Numbered from the stretch's first letter, positions 49,878 through 60,273 are shown. The stretch is 64,000 nt of DNA from Candidatus Kapaibacterium sp. (GCA_040398805.1 JBBATK010000001.1:249933-313932); one strand, 5' to 3'. Notes: generated by a model not told the origin, from the sequence alone. Made by a program: numbers and translations.

Positions 49878-51161
49878 TTACTTGTCGGCTTCGCCCATCA
49901 CGGGATCGATGCCGCCGATGATGGCGACGACGTCCGAAATCATCGAGCCCTCGGTCATGTACGCAAGACCTTGAAGGTTCGAGGTCGAAGGACTTCTGAT
50001 TTTCAGCTTCCACGGGTATCCCGTTCCGTCCGAGACGATGAAGAATCCCAGCTCGCCTTTCGGAGACTCGATGGCGGTGTAGGTCTCTCCTGCAGGAGGT
50101 GCAGCCCCGAAGTTGACGATCATGAAGTCGTTGATCAGCTCTTCCATCTTCGTGTAAATCTCTGCTTTGTGGGCAGGCACATAGCGCGGATCGTTCAGCT
50201 TCACGTCGCCCGACGGCGGATTATCCAGCAACTGGTGAATGATCTTGATCGATTCACGACATTCGGCCATGCGCACCTTGTATCGTCCGTAACAATCACT
50301 GTCCGCGTGCGAGATGACATCGAAGTCGACCTTGTCATACATGAGGTACGGCATATCCTTGCGAAGGTCGCGCGTGCTGCCGCTTGCGCGGAGGACAGGC
50401 CCCGTCAATCCAAGAGCGATGGCCTTCTCCAAAGAGCAGTAACCGATGCCGGCCATACGGTCGATGAAAATGCGATTGCGATCGATGAGCGCTTCCGACT
50501 TGGCAAGCTCTTCCAGAAAATTCGTCGCCCACAGGCGGATCTTCAGCAACACCTCGGGCGAGATATCGTTGGCGACGCCGCCGATGCGGGTATAACTAGT
50601 CGTGAAGCGGGCTCCGCAGATGAGTTCGAACAGGTCGTACAGGCGCTCACGCTCGGCGAACGTCCACAGGAACACCGTCAACGCCCCGACGTCCATACAC
50701 GACGCACCGACAGCAAGCATATGCGAAGACACACGAGCCATTTCCGCTACCAGGGTACGGATCCACTGGGCACGAGGCGGCGCTTCGATACCAAGCGCAT
50801 TCTCCATGGCAAGGGCGATACCGACGTTGTTCGACATGGGCGCCAGATAGTCGAGTCGGTCCGTATGCGGGATGAACTCGTTATACGTCGTGTTCTCCGC
50901 AAGCTTCTCGTACCCACGATGAAGGTACCCGAGCTCAGGCACGCATTTGATGATGGTCTCACCGTCCAGGCGCAACAGGACACGGAGCACTCCGTGGGTC
51001 GCCGGATGCTGGGGTCCCATGTTGAGAACCATATCGTTCTCAAGCGGATCCTCGAACAAGACGGTCGTATCCTTGTCAATCAGCTCCTTGTAGATCCTGT
51101 CTTGACGTTCTACGCGAACACGTTCGAGCTTCGCGGACGAACCGATCATGATTTCTTCCAT
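49878..51161 (-). CDS. nuoD: NADH-quinone oxidoreductase subunit D homologue, 49-kDa subunit (stand-alone)
   Basis: NMGPQHPATHGVLRV and the C-terminal KIRSPSTSNLQGL...DVVAIIGGIDPVMGEADK are NuoD hallmarks. No other nuo genes are adjacent. Confidence 0.85.
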   Translation of the reverse strand: MEEIMIGSSAKLERVRVERQDRIYKELIDKDTTVLFEDPLENDMVLNMGPQHPATHGVLRVLLRLDGETIIKCVPELGYLHRGYEKLAENTTYNEFIPHTDRLDYLAPMSNNVGIALAMENALGIEAPPRAQWIRTLVAEMARVSSHMLAVGASCMDVGALTVFLWTFAERERLYDLFELICGARFTTSYTRIGGVANDISPEVLLKIRLWATNFLEELAKSEALIDRNRIFIDRMAGIGYCSLEKAIALGLTGPVLRASGSTRDLRKDMPYLMYDKVDFDVISHADSDCYGRYKVRMAECRESIKIIHQLLDNPPSGDVKLNDPRYVPAHKAEIYTKMEELINDFMIVNFGAAPPAGETYTAIESPKGELGFFIVSDGTGYPWKLKIRSPSTSNLQGLAYMTEGSMISDVVAIIGGIDPVMGEADK

Positions 51162-51284
51162 GCGTATGCCTTATGGTACGGGTATAGAGACTTCTGTTTT
51201 GATGCCGGCAAAGTTAGCGCTTTTCGATGTTCAGTACAACGGAAGGGTCAAGGGTTTCGAGGCGGCAATTCGGAGCCATCGGTC

Positions 51285-52562
51285 CTACTTCGCACAGCTC
51301 AACAGATATAATCTCTGATTGATCCTACCAAGTGCTTCATACCGTTTCAGTTTTCTGTTGTACCGTGGCTTCGACGTCTCCTCGCACATGGTCCCCACGG
51401 CAAGGTCCTTACGCTCCAGTTCACGGATCACCAAGCTTGTCAAGGTGCTCATGGCGAACGTGGACGATCCGGGTTCATGCGCGATGGTCACGTCGATAGG
51501 AACGTTCAACTGGACGGGAACGCGACGTCCGTTGATGCTCAGGAAGCAGTCCGTATCGCACCCGAAGAAGACCATCTCCCGTCCATCCCACGTGAAGAAC
51601 GGCCTACCTGTTCCCTGTGTGGCAGCTACATACTCCACTCCGGTCATGAGGACGATATCGTTCCCTGGCTGCTGCACCCTCGCCGCCCACATCGGTTCGG
51701 TGGGATGTAACACAAGGGCGTCGATGGACGGATACTGTTTGCTGATGACCGGCCGCGTATACTCGTCACTGATCAGCACGACACTGCTGAAGCCGCCTTG
51801 CACGACAATCGCTGCCGCACAGGTTCCCATCCTGTTGATCCTCCCCTCACGCATGTCTGTGTACGGTCCGGCCATTTCCTCGTCGCCCAGATACCATCGC
51901 CATTGCATCCCGCTCTTGGCCGCATACATCAATCGGCCATCCACCCAGAATCCGAACATCATGACGTCTTCATAGGTAGACACCAGCTTTCCATTGACAA
52001 TGAGCTGCGTGGCGCTCAGTGGTCCTTGTAGCCATGCGACCGATGTTCCTAACGGCGACACGCACAGAGCACCTCGCCTCTGGACAGCACCATAGACACG
52101 ATCGCCCAGGCGGACGTATTCCTGGGGTCCGTCGAAATACGAAATCACCGATTCCTGGGTGATTGCGCTGTAGACAATCTCTCCGGGCTCCGTACAGACG
52201 ATTTTCTTCGGACCTCCCTCGGAAACCACGAACCACTGGGTATTGAGCTGCGCCCACGCACTCCACTTGTCCCCGTTCGGCGAGAACACCGGAACGGTGA
52301 TCTCCTGATACGCATCCGTGGAGCGACCGTTCACCCAGAGTCTCTTCATTCCGCTGTACGGAACCGTGCGCGCCCACCAATTCACCGTGGTATCCATGCC
52401 AAACAGGTCAAGAGACTCTCCGCCTTGAAGTAAGAGGACGTCCTTACATGGCTGGGAGACCATTGACACTACCCCCCACAAGAACACGAAGAGTGCATTG
52501 ACCAGAAAGGAACGGATATGGCGGAAAAGATACTTCATATGGGGTGACGACACCGGAATCAT
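51285..52562 (-). CDS. Secreted hypothetical protein with a Trp/Gly-rich repeat-like beta structure
   Basis: Signal peptide; no motif recognised. There is a 4-nt overlap with the upstream 5-FCL gene. Confidence 0.45.
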   Translation of the reverse strand: MIPVSSPHMKYLFRHIRSFLVNALFVFLWGVVSMVSQPCKDVLLLQGGESLDLFGMDTTVNWWARTVPYSGMKRLWVNGRSTDAYQEITVPVFSPNGDKWSAWAQLNTQWFVVSEGGPKKIVCTEPGEIVYSAITQESVISYFDGPQEYVRLGDRVYGAVQRRGALCVSPLGTSVAWLQGPLSATQLIVNGKLVSTYEDVMMFGFWVDGRLMYAAKSGMQWRWYLGDEEMAGPYTDMREGRINRMGTCAAAIVVQGGFSSVVLISDEYTRPVISKQYPSIDALVLHPTEPMWAARVQQPGNDIVLMTGVEYVAATQGTGRPFFTWDGREMVFFGCDTDCFLSINGRRVPVQLNVPIDVTIAHEPGSSTFAMSTLTSLVIRELERKDLAVGTMCEETSKPRYNRKLKRYEALGRINQRLYLLSCAK

Positions 52563-53161
52563 AAGGAGATGGCGACCGGTCCGCCGGAACTTTTGCGGGC
52601 ACGGACGATTCCCTGCTCCGTAACAATCGCATCTAACACGGCATCATGCGGCCTCGGTCGGAATTCATCTGCGAAGGCACACGTGAATGCCAAACCGAAC
52701 GCGAAGAACATCCGGTGCTCGAGGAATCGGTCGTAGTACCCTTTGCCGTATCCCATGCGGACCAATCGCTCGTTGAACGCGACCAACGGTACGATGGCCA
52801 GAAACGAAGGTCCTGTCACGTCCGAATCGGACAACCGCTTCTTCCCTTTGGGTTCAGGAACGCCGAACAGGCCGTCGGTAAGCTCATCACCCGGTGCATA
52901 CTCCAGATGCTCCATGCGAAGCGTCTCGGGATCGATTGAAGGTACGAATACCGTCTTGCCATCGTTCCATGCCCTAACGATCAACGGTTGCGTGGCCGGT
53001 TCGGACCCGATGGACATGTAGACATGCAGCGTATCGCATTGCTGATACTCGAACGTTTGAGACACGGTATCAGCCATGACGGTTGACCATTCGTGTGCAA
53101 GGTTCCGATCCAATGCATCTCTTTCGCGAATCTTTGCCTGACGTAAAATTATCGTATCCAT
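52559..53161 (-). CDS. 5-formyltetrahydrofolate cyclo-ligase
   Basis: 200 aa, with the C-terminal GYGKGYYDR family motif. Confidence 0.8.
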   Translation of the reverse strand: MDTIILRQAKIRERDALDRNLAHEWSTVMADTVSQTFEYQQCDTLHVYMSIGSEPATQPLIVRAWNDGKTVFVPSIDPETLRMEHLEYAPGDELTDGLFGVPEPKGKKRLSDSDVTGPSFLAIVPLVAFNERLVRMGYGKGYYDRFLEHRMFFAFGLAFTCAFADEFRPRPHDAVLDAIVTEQGIVRARKSSGGPVAISL

Positions 53162-53168
53162 ACCGCTC

Positions 53169-54221
53169 TTATGATTGTTCCGTTGTCCTCTTCTCCTTCA
53201 GGACATCACCAAGGATGACGGCACCGATCATGAGGACCGCCCCGGAGAACTCGCGGGTTCCCATGCGTTCCGCATGCGTGAAATACGCGATGAACGAAGC
53301 GATGACCGGTTCGAGAGTGAAAATGACGCCCGCCTTCACGGGACTCACGAACCGCTGATACTTCGTCTGCAACGTCGTGGAAGCGAATGATCCGAAGACG
53401 GCGGTGTAGGCAAGTGCCACGATAACCGGTAGCGTCCATGTGGCAGGATTGACGGTCGTCAACGCCTGATTCGTCGCATCGAGCGAGCCCGATTCCAGAC
53501 CCGAGGAGATACCCGCGGCGTAGGCTCCCAGTCCAAGGATGCTTGTCACGGCAAACTGGACGACGACGAGTATCGGCATGTAGAACGGACGCTCTCCGTA
53601 TCTGTTGGAGCTTTTATCGAGGTACGAAATGCAGATGGCCCACATGACGGAACCGATGAGTGTCATGGCGTCACCGACATTCACCTTCCCACCCTCGGGA
53701 TTCGTCAACAAGACCAACCCGATCGTCGCCACGGTCACCGTCAGTAACTGCACGCGCTTGATTCTCGCTCCGCGAATGAACCGGTCCACGGCCGGAACGA
53801 AAACAACGACCATTCCCGTGATGAACGCGCTTTTGGAAATCGAGGTGTATTGAAGTCCCCACGTCTGAAACACGAATCCGAGTCCGTAACATACACCGAT
53901 CAGCATACCGTCCCGAGCAATGGCACGATCCCATTGCCGGAACATGGCTGACCAAAGCATAAGGCAAATAAGCACGGCAAGAACGAATCGGATGCCGACA
54001 AAGAGAAAAGGATCGCACGTGGCAAGAGCCGTTTTCGTGAAGACGAACGTGCCGGCCCAGAACACCGTCGTCAAGACAAGGATCCATTCGGCCTTGCGTT
54101 CCGTGATGTGTTTCGGGGATGAGAGAGAGTTCAAGGGGTTGCTCAGCTGGTTACGGTGAAACCGTTCATTGCATCGATACCTGCGTCGATGACCGACATG
54201 CGCGCATGTTTCGGCGTGCAA
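53169..54221 (-). CDS. EamA/DMT-family transporter (10 TM); the start is uncertain and probably internal to the ORF-track call
   Basis: Two EamA-like 5-TM halves. The first 40 aa of the track ORF are His/Arg-rich and unlikely to be real. Confidence 0.65.
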   Translation of the reverse strand: MHAETCAHVGHRRRYRCNERFHRNQLSNPLNSLSSPKHITERKAEWILVLTTVFWAGTFVFTKTALATCDPFLFVGIRFVLAVLICLMLWSAMFRQWDRAIARDGMLIGVCYGLGFVFQTWGLQYTSISKSAFITGMVVVFVPAVDRFIRGARIKRVQLLTVTVATIGLVLLTNPEGGKVNVGDAMTLIGSVMWAICISYLDKSSNRYGERPFYMPILVVVQFAVTSILGLGAYAAGISSGLESGSLDATNQALTTVNPATWTLPVIVALAYTAVFGSFASTTLQTKYQRFVSPVKAGVIFTLEPVIASFIAYFTHAERMGTREFSGAVLMIGAVILGDVLKEKRTTEQS

Positions 54222-54251
54222 ACATACGGCTTCGGCGAGTGGTTACGGAGC

Positions 54252-56453
54252 TCACAGTCCTACCTGCAGTTGAAACGAGTACTGACGTCCGACCAGTGAC
54301 GGTATGGATCGAAGATTCCGTTCATCCAGAAGATTCGATGCACCAACACCGACGCGAAGTCCGGTCAGTCCGGAAGCCTGCGCCACGCTCGTCAAGGAAT
54401 ACCATACATTCGCCTTCACGTTCCAGTACCCCTTCACAAACTCCGCCGGATCGTCCGGTACCGTTCGAACCGTCGACGAGAGCACACTGCCATTTCGGTC
54501 CAACGCTTCGTCGCCGAAACGACCCGTATAATCCGCTCGCAACGAAACGGTCATACCCGAACGGGACATGAATTCGCATCGCGCATTGATCATATGTGGA
54601 GACCTATACCAAAGTCCGCCGTAGGATGCGACCGTCAACGACAGAAATCTCCCGGTCTTTCCATCGATTGAACCTGCCCGTCCCGCTGCGATGGCATCCA
54701 TCACGTCCATGTCTTCCGCTTCGAGATACTGATACCCGACGCTCACCAGCACCGTGTCGGCTATCTCCGTTACATAATCACAGCGCAGAGTGGACTCGAA
54801 TCCACGCGTCCGTACACGCGAAACATTCCTGTACGAGTACACCGATGTCTGACCTTCAATCCGATGAAGGTAGAACTCGATCATCTGGGAAATACGGTTC
54901 TCGTAGGCGCGAAGGTCGGCGTGAAAGAGCCACGATTCTATCACGTCGTTCCGCATCACAAGCCTGGTATCGTAGGATACCGATACATCGGCCGATACCG
55001 AGCGCTCGGCCCTCAAGTCCTGTCCAAGGAGACGCGCGCCCGTAAGCAGATATCCCGCTCCTTGGAGATTGTTTCGGAAGACCACGTAGAGTTGACGGAA
55101 GTCGGGTGCCTTGAAGCCCGTTCCCATGGACCCGCGCACGCGAACCTCGGGCACGGGTTCGATCATGATGGCAAGCTTGGGATTGAGGTTGTCTCCGAAC
55201 TCGCTGTTCGAATCATACCGTGCGCTCAGCGAGTAATGGAGATTGTCCAGCGGATTGCCCTCCCACTGCCCATACATCACATGGGTCGTGTACGTCGGAT
55301 CGGTAGGATACCTGGATCCGCGGAGTGCATCGATGGCCACTTCTCCCCCCAAGGTGCAGCGGATGCGATCGCTCACGAGAAGATTCGCTTGGACGAACGG
55401 TCTGATAAGCGACCGTTGATATTCGTCCACCGTCCCGGCGGACCCCTGAGCAACATCGAAGTCATACCGCTCCATGAACCGCGTTCCGTATACCTGCGTG
55501 AGCACATGCAGGTTACCACTGCGATAGTTCGCACTCACCGCCCCGTTCACATCCGACTGGGACACCGATCCCTGATTGGCTGCTACTTGCGTGTAGAACG
55601 ACTCGACGAATCTGCCCTGGGACTGTGAGTGGAACATCCTGCCGGTGACATCGACATCCCATTGTTTCGAAATGCGAAGGCGGAGTTTGCTTTGGAGGGT
55701 GACATCGGTGAACCCTGCGTACGGGACGACGATAGTATCGGATCGTTGTTCGAACGCCGGCGATTTCCGAGCATCCGCGAACAGACTCCATTCGAGGTCG
55801 TCGGCACCATGCCCGATACTGATCGAGGATTGAACGCCCTGGATGGACTGCACCACGCTCTGGAACCGTCCGCTCCAACCCTCCGCCGGACGTCGTGAAC
55901 GGATGTTGATGACGCCCGCCAGAGCTTCACTGCCGTACAGACTCGACATAGGACCCTTGACGACTTCGATTTGATCGATGTTTCCCGTGGCAATCCTACT
56001 AATATCGATGACACCAGCCACCCTTCCGACCAGCGGCAATCCATCGACGAGGATCTGTGTGTAATCAGCGCTCAATCCCATCAGCTGGACGCCGGACTGA
56101 AGACTGCTACGATTGGCTACGATGCTCTGCTCTTGGAGGATGGACTGGAGATTCGTCACACCTGCACGTTGCATGCGCGAACTACCGATCACCTCCACCG
56201 CGACGGGCGCTCTCGTCGCCTCGATCTCCTGCCGAGACCCGGTGACGACCACCGGCCCCGTAACGACCGAACGTACGGAATCGATAGTGAGGAACGATCC
56301 GCGCTTTGCGCCGGAGGAACGCGTCTTCGACGAGTCGCGCAGGATGGACGTACGCTCAAGACCGCTCACCGTCACGCCTCCGGCCTGCACCATTCTGGTG
56401 AGACCGAGTATGGCAAGAAAGAGAACGACGACGCGGTGCGAGAGGTTTCTCAT
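54252..56453 (-). CDS. TonB-dependent outer-membrane receptor
   Basis: 733 aa with a signal peptide, a TonB box/plug (DQIEVVKGPMSSLYGSEALAGVINI) and a barrel with a C-terminal aromatic residue (QLQVGL). Confidence 0.85.
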   Translation of the reverse strand: MRNLSHRVVVLFLAILGLTRMVQAGGVTVSGLERTSILRDSSKTRSSGAKRGSFLTIDSVRSVVTGPVVVTGSRQEIEATRAPVAVEVIGSSRMQRAGVTNLQSILQEQSIVANRSSLQSGVQLMGLSADYTQILVDGLPLVGRVAGVIDISRIATGNIDQIEVVKGPMSSLYGSEALAGVINIRSRRPAEGWSGRFQSVVQSIQGVQSSISIGHGADDLEWSLFADARKSPAFEQRSDTIVVPYAGFTDVTLQSKLRLRISKQWDVDVTGRMFHSQSQGRFVESFYTQVAANQGSVSQSDVNGAVSANYRSGNLHVLTQVYGTRFMERYDFDVAQGSAGTVDEYQRSLIRPFVQANLLVSDRIRCTLGGEVAIDALRGSRYPTDPTYTTHVMYGQWEGNPLDNLHYSLSARYDSNSEFGDNLNPKLAIMIEPVPEVRVRGSMGTGFKAPDFRQLYVVFRNNLQGAGYLLTGARLLGQDLRAERSVSADVSVSYDTRLVMRNDVIESWLFHADLRAYENRISQMIEFYLHRIEGQTSVYSYRNVSRVRTRGFESTLRCDYVTEIADTVLVSVGYQYLEAEDMDVMDAIAAGRAGSIDGKTGRFLSLTVASYGGLWYRSPHMINARCEFMSRSGMTVSLRADYTGRFGDEALDRNGSVLSSTVRTVPDDPAEFVKGYWNVKANVWYSLTSVAQASGLTGLRVGVGASNLLDERNLRSIPSLVGRQYSFQLQVGL

Positions 56454-56465
56454 CCAGATGTGGGC

Positions 56466-57089
56466 CTACTTTAGTCGGAGGCCGACTGCTTTGCCATATC
56501 GCATGACGAAGGTTCCAAGCTCCGAGCGGGACATGGGCACGGTAAGCGAAATGAACTGGAGCTTATAGATGGCACCGGATGCGGATTTGACGATGATCGT
56601 CTTCTGTGCGTTCGGCGAGATACTGCGTTTGGCCGGTTCATAATTGAAGATGCCCTTACCGGTAAGATCCACCGACGCGATACGTCCGGAAGGTGCGAGC
56701 GAGTCGACTCGAAGGAGCGCAGGGTTTGCCACCGTGACATTGTCGAAGGTCGTATCTGTCACGTATGCAGTCGTTTTCCCGATGGTGTTGACGGAACCCG
56801 AATTGAAGAGAACATCGATCTGGGTGGTCTTTCCGCCGCCGAACACGGGCTTGACCATCATGTCCCACGTCGTCTCTTGAGTTTTCTCGACGATGACCGG
56901 AATACCTGCATCAAAAGAGAAATAATACGAATCCACCGAGTCTGGCGTGAAGGTCACAGTTTTTACCGTGACGGAATCCGCTGTTGTCGGACCGCTCGGT
57001 GTCGTGTCTGAACAGGAGGACAAGGCAAGAAGCGCCAGTATGGTGAACGATACAACGCTGAATCCGGAAACGAAACGAAGATTTTTCAT
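56466..57089 (-). CDS. Lipoprotein, possibly HmuY-like, encoded immediately upstream of the TonB-dependent receptor
   Basis: Start at MKNLRFVSGFSVVSFTILALLALSSCS (lipobox LSSC), about 207 aa and beta-rich, 12 bp from the receptor gene. The HmuY assignment rests on size and synteny only. Confidence 0.45.
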   Translation of the reverse strand: MKNLRFVSGFSVVSFTILALLALSSCSDTTPSGPTTADSVTVKTVTFTPDSVDSYYFSFDAGIPVIVEKTQETTWDMMVKPVFGGGKTTQIDVLFNSGSVNTIGKTTAYVTDTTFDNVTVANPALLRVDSLAPSGRIASVDLTGKGIFNYEPAKRSISPNAQKTIIVKSASGAIYKLQFISLTVPMSRSELGTFVMRYGKAVGLRLK

Positions 57090-57217
57090 GATGACTAAGA
57101 AGTAGTAGTGTGAATGAGAAAGTGGAGGAAACGAACCGAGCGACAACTAATTGTAACAACAACTAAATATTTTCCTTATTTCTTTCGAGACACGTTATCA
57201 TGATACATATCAACGTT

Positions 57218-58129
57218 TTACGCTCGCGGATGATGCGAAGAATGGACTTGTTGGATGTACTGTCTGTCCAGGTGAGTGTAGATCTGTGTCGTCGAGATAT
57301 CCACGTGGCCGAGCATTTCCTGGACGGCTCTCAGGTCGGCTCCCCCTTCGATAAGGTGGGTAGCGAAGGAGTGACGGAACGAGTGCGGATGCACCTGGAT
57401 ATTGCACACGACGCCGGCCTTGTGGACAATGTTCCATATGGACATCCGGGAAAGCCCGCCGCCTCGCCTGTTCAGGAAGAAGATGTCCTCGCTCTTGTCA
57501 TTTGCCCAGTGAACACGAACCTCCCGTTGATACTGTGCCATCCACTGCAGGGCATTGCCTCCCAAGGGAACGATCCGTTCCTTGGACCCCTTGCCGAACA
57601 CGCGCAGAAGCTGAGTCTCCCACATCACATCGCGCTGATGGAAGGAACAGAGTTCGCTGACGCGGAGTCCGCCGGCATACAACGTTTCGAGAATGGCCCG
57701 GTCTCGGATTCCCGAGGGTGTCGTCACATCGACCGACTCCAGAAGCGACCTCATTTCGTCGACGAGCAAGGCCTCGGGCAACACCCGTCGGGACCGAGGC
57801 AGTTCCAAGAGCTCGGAAGGGTTTCTCGGGATGATTCCACTCGCATGCAGGTACGCGAAGAGTCCCTTGAGCGAAGACGAATACCGTGCCCGTGACCGTT
57901 CCGTGAGTCCGAGATCGGCCAGGACGGAGAGGAATGCGCGCAGGGAATCCATGTCGACCTGGCCATAGGAATGCACCGACTCCCCGCTCAGGAATTCGGC
58001 GAAGCGAAGAAGATCGGAGGCATAGGAGTCCACCGTATTCTGCGAAAGCCCTTTCTCCAACGTAAGAAAGCGCAGGTATTCCCGGAGCGGAAGTTCGAGA
58101 GAACGGCGCAGTGTGGACGTATCTTTCAT
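57218..58129 (-). CDS. xerD: Tyrosine recombinase XerD/XerC
   Basis: The N-terminal SAM-like domain (LEKGLSQNTVDSYASDLLRF) and a C-terminal catalytic domain with HPHSFRHSFATHL...Y. The start is chosen at MKDTSTL, an ATGA overlap with the upstream gene. Confidence 0.85.
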   Translation of the reverse strand: MKDTSTLRRSLELPLREYLRFLTLEKGLSQNTVDSYASDLLRFAEFLSGESVHSYGQVDMDSLRAFLSVLADLGLTERSRARYSSSLKGLFAYLHASGIIPRNPSELLELPRSRRVLPEALLVDEMRSLLESVDVTTPSGIRDRAILETLYAGGLRVSELCSFHQRDVMWETQLLRVFGKGSKERIVPLGGNALQWMAQYQREVRVHWANDKSEDIFFLNRRGGGLSRMSIWNIVHKAGVVCNIQVHPHSFRHSFATHLIEGGADLRAVQEMLGHVDISTTQIYTHLDRQYIQQVHSSHHPRA

Positions 58130-60261
58130 CAGGCGCCGTCTTTGGGTAGTTCCTTGTACACCATGCGCTGATGGTGCGCGCCGATGAGGTTCCGCACGAA
58201 CGACTCTTTGACGAGGGCCAGTTCCCGCATGGTGATATCGCATTCGTCGAGCTGACCATCGATGATCTTCTCCTTGAAGATGTTGTCAACGGCGTGCTCG
58301 AGTGCGTCCCGGTCATCCACGATTCTGGACACAGCCTCGACGCCATCGGCAAGCATGACGAGCGCCGTCTCCTTCGTTTGCGGCTTCGGTCCCGGATAGC
58401 GGAACATATCCTCTGACACGTCTTCGTGGTACTCGTCGTCGGTACGTTCCATGGCCTTGGCATAGAAGTGCTTGATAAGACCGGTACCATGATGCATGGG
58501 AATGAAGTCGATGATCTTTTCCGGAAGAGCGTACTCACGGGCGATCTCGATCCCCTCCGCCACGTGATTGCGGATGATGGATGCGCTCTTCTTCGGCGGC
58601 AAACGGTCGTGCTTGTTATCGATCTCGATCTGGTTCTCGATGAAGTATTCGGATTTCGCGATCTTTCCGATGTCGTGATAGTACGCTCCGACACGGGCTA
58701 GGAGCGGACTTGCCTCGATACTGTACGCCGCAGACTCGACAAGGTGCGCTATGGCGAGAGTATGCTGATACGTACCCGGCGCTTTTTCGCTCATCTGCAC
58801 GAGCAAGGGATGATTGACATTGTCGTATTCGCGAAGCGTAAGATCGGTCATGACGCCGAAATACCTCTCCGTAATGGCGATGACGGCGAAGGTGAGCAAA
58901 GGCGAAACGACGGCGTTCACCACTGCCCAGGAATAGGCGCGCCATTGTTCGGGAATACTACCACCACGCTCCAGTACCATGGCGGTGATGACAAGTACGA
59001 ACCCGATGAGGATGAAACCGATGGAGCGGAACAGCTGTGTGCGGGTCCGCAAGTCACGCACGCTGTACGCCCCAAGCGTACCTGCGATGATGAGTGCAAG
59101 CGCCCCTCCGGCGTCGTTGGCCCGCACACCGGCATACATCAAGGACGAGGTGACGGTGACGATGAAACCGGTACGGGAATCGAAGTAGATGGCGGCCACC
59201 ATGGCACAGGCGGGGATGAGGACGAGGAACTCGACGGAGAACTCGCGAGGGAGCAACAATGTCGCCCATGAAAACCCTGCACTGCTGGTGATAAGCGCGC
59301 TGAGAGAGAGCAGCTGAAGATTATCGTTGTAGATCTTCTTTCGGAGGAAGTAGACGAACAGGACGAGCAACGAGTACACAAGAGCGGCATGGAGGAGTGA
59401 GCCCGTGACATAGGAGACATGCGGCGACGTCCGAGATGTATCGTCCCGGAGATACCCGTAGTTGATGAGCTTCGCGATACTCGCATCGGTAAGGACCTCG
59501 CCCTTCGACACGATGACTTCCCCCTTGCGCACAAGACCGCGGGTCCTGGAAACAGACGCTTCGGCGGCATCCTGAAGTCGACGGGTGCGCTCGGACTGTT
59601 CTTGAAGGGTCGGCGGCACGAGGGCAAGCACCCGTCGTTCCACCGTCTCCCGAATCTCGCGATTGTCCACAGACCGCAGTATCTCGGTCAACTCTGAACG
59701 TATGCGGGAGGAATCGATGACAGACGAGAGCGGCAAACGCCGAAGCGTGGTACCTGACTCGGCTATGTAGATGAACGTACCGGAGAGACTCGACAGAGGA
59801 ACACCGATCATTTCCTTCAGGGTGCTCGCTCTCACCAACTCCCGGATCGACTCCTTTACCGATGGCTCGACGGCATCGCTTCCATTGAAGAGGTCCTCAA
59901 GATCGAAACGGATGGCCCGAGAACTCGTCGCACCCGAAACTGCCGAGAACACGGTAGGAACCTTCGATTTCGCCTTCTCGATCTCTCTTTGCAGTTGTTC
60001 GTCCTCTTTACGGATCGGAAACGTGCTTTCCGCGACGACTGTCTCCTGCTGCCACACCTGACCTTTGGAGAGAAGGACACTTTGCGACGTGCCGAAGACC
60101 ACGTGGGAGAGACTCGGAAAGAATAACGCGCAGATGATGGGTGTGCAGACGAAGATGGCCAGACGCACGGGGTGCGACGTCCGCCAATTCACGGCGGCAG
60201 TCGCGGACGTCGGGCTTTCCTCTTGTAGCTGTTGAAACAGTGTCGGACGTGTCTTGGCCAT
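58129..60261 (-). CDS. 7TM receptor with intracellular HD phosphohydrolase domain (7TMR-HD; PgpH-like putative c-di-AMP phosphodiesterase)
   Basis: 710 aa with an N-terminal extracytoplasmic domain, 7 TM helices and a C-terminal HD domain (YHDIGKI...MHHG). Confidence 0.7.
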   Translation of the reverse strand: MAKTRPTLFQQLQEESPTSATAAVNWRTSHPVRLAIFVCTPIICALFFPSLSHVVFGTSQSVLLSKGQVWQQETVVAESTFPIRKEDEQLQREIEKAKSKVPTVFSAVSGATSSRAIRFDLEDLFNGSDAVEPSVKESIRELVRASTLKEMIGVPLSSLSGTFIYIAESGTTLRRLPLSSVIDSSRIRSELTEILRSVDNREIRETVERRVLALVPPTLQEQSERTRRLQDAAEASVSRTRGLVRKGEVIVSKGEVLTDASIAKLINYGYLRDDTSRTSPHVSYVTGSLLHAALVYSLLVLFVYFLRKKIYNDNLQLLSLSALITSSAGFSWATLLLPREFSVEFLVLIPACAMVAAIYFDSRTGFIVTVTSSLMYAGVRANDAGGALALIIAGTLGAYSVRDLRTRTQLFRSIGFILIGFVLVITAMVLERGGSIPEQWRAYSWAVVNAVVSPLLTFAVIAITERYFGVMTDLTLREYDNVNHPLLVQMSEKAPGTYQHTLAIAHLVESAAYSIEASPLLARVGAYYHDIGKIAKSEYFIENQIEIDNKHDRLPPKKSASIIRNHVAEGIEIAREYALPEKIIDFIPMHHGTGLIKHFYAKAMERTDDEYHEDVSEDMFRYPGPKPQTKETALVMLADGVEAVSRIVDDRDALEHAVDNIFKEKIIDGQLDECDITMRELALVKESFVRNLIGAHHQRMVYKELPKDGA

Positions 60262-60273
60262 GAGTTCCTCGGT

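Noticed and set aside
49860-51311. 483-aa plus-strand ORF
   Set aside because: It is antisense to nuoD.
57218-58243. xerD as part of a mobile element/integron
   Set aside because: No flanking inverted or direct repeats, no transposase, no attI/attC-like sites, and the neighbours are housekeeping genes. This is most consistent with the chromosomal dimer-resolution recombinase.
57498-58694. 398-aa minus-strand ORF
   Set aside because: It is an alternative frame overlapping xerD and the 7TM-HD gene. It is extremely Arg/Ser/Thr-rich and not protein-like.
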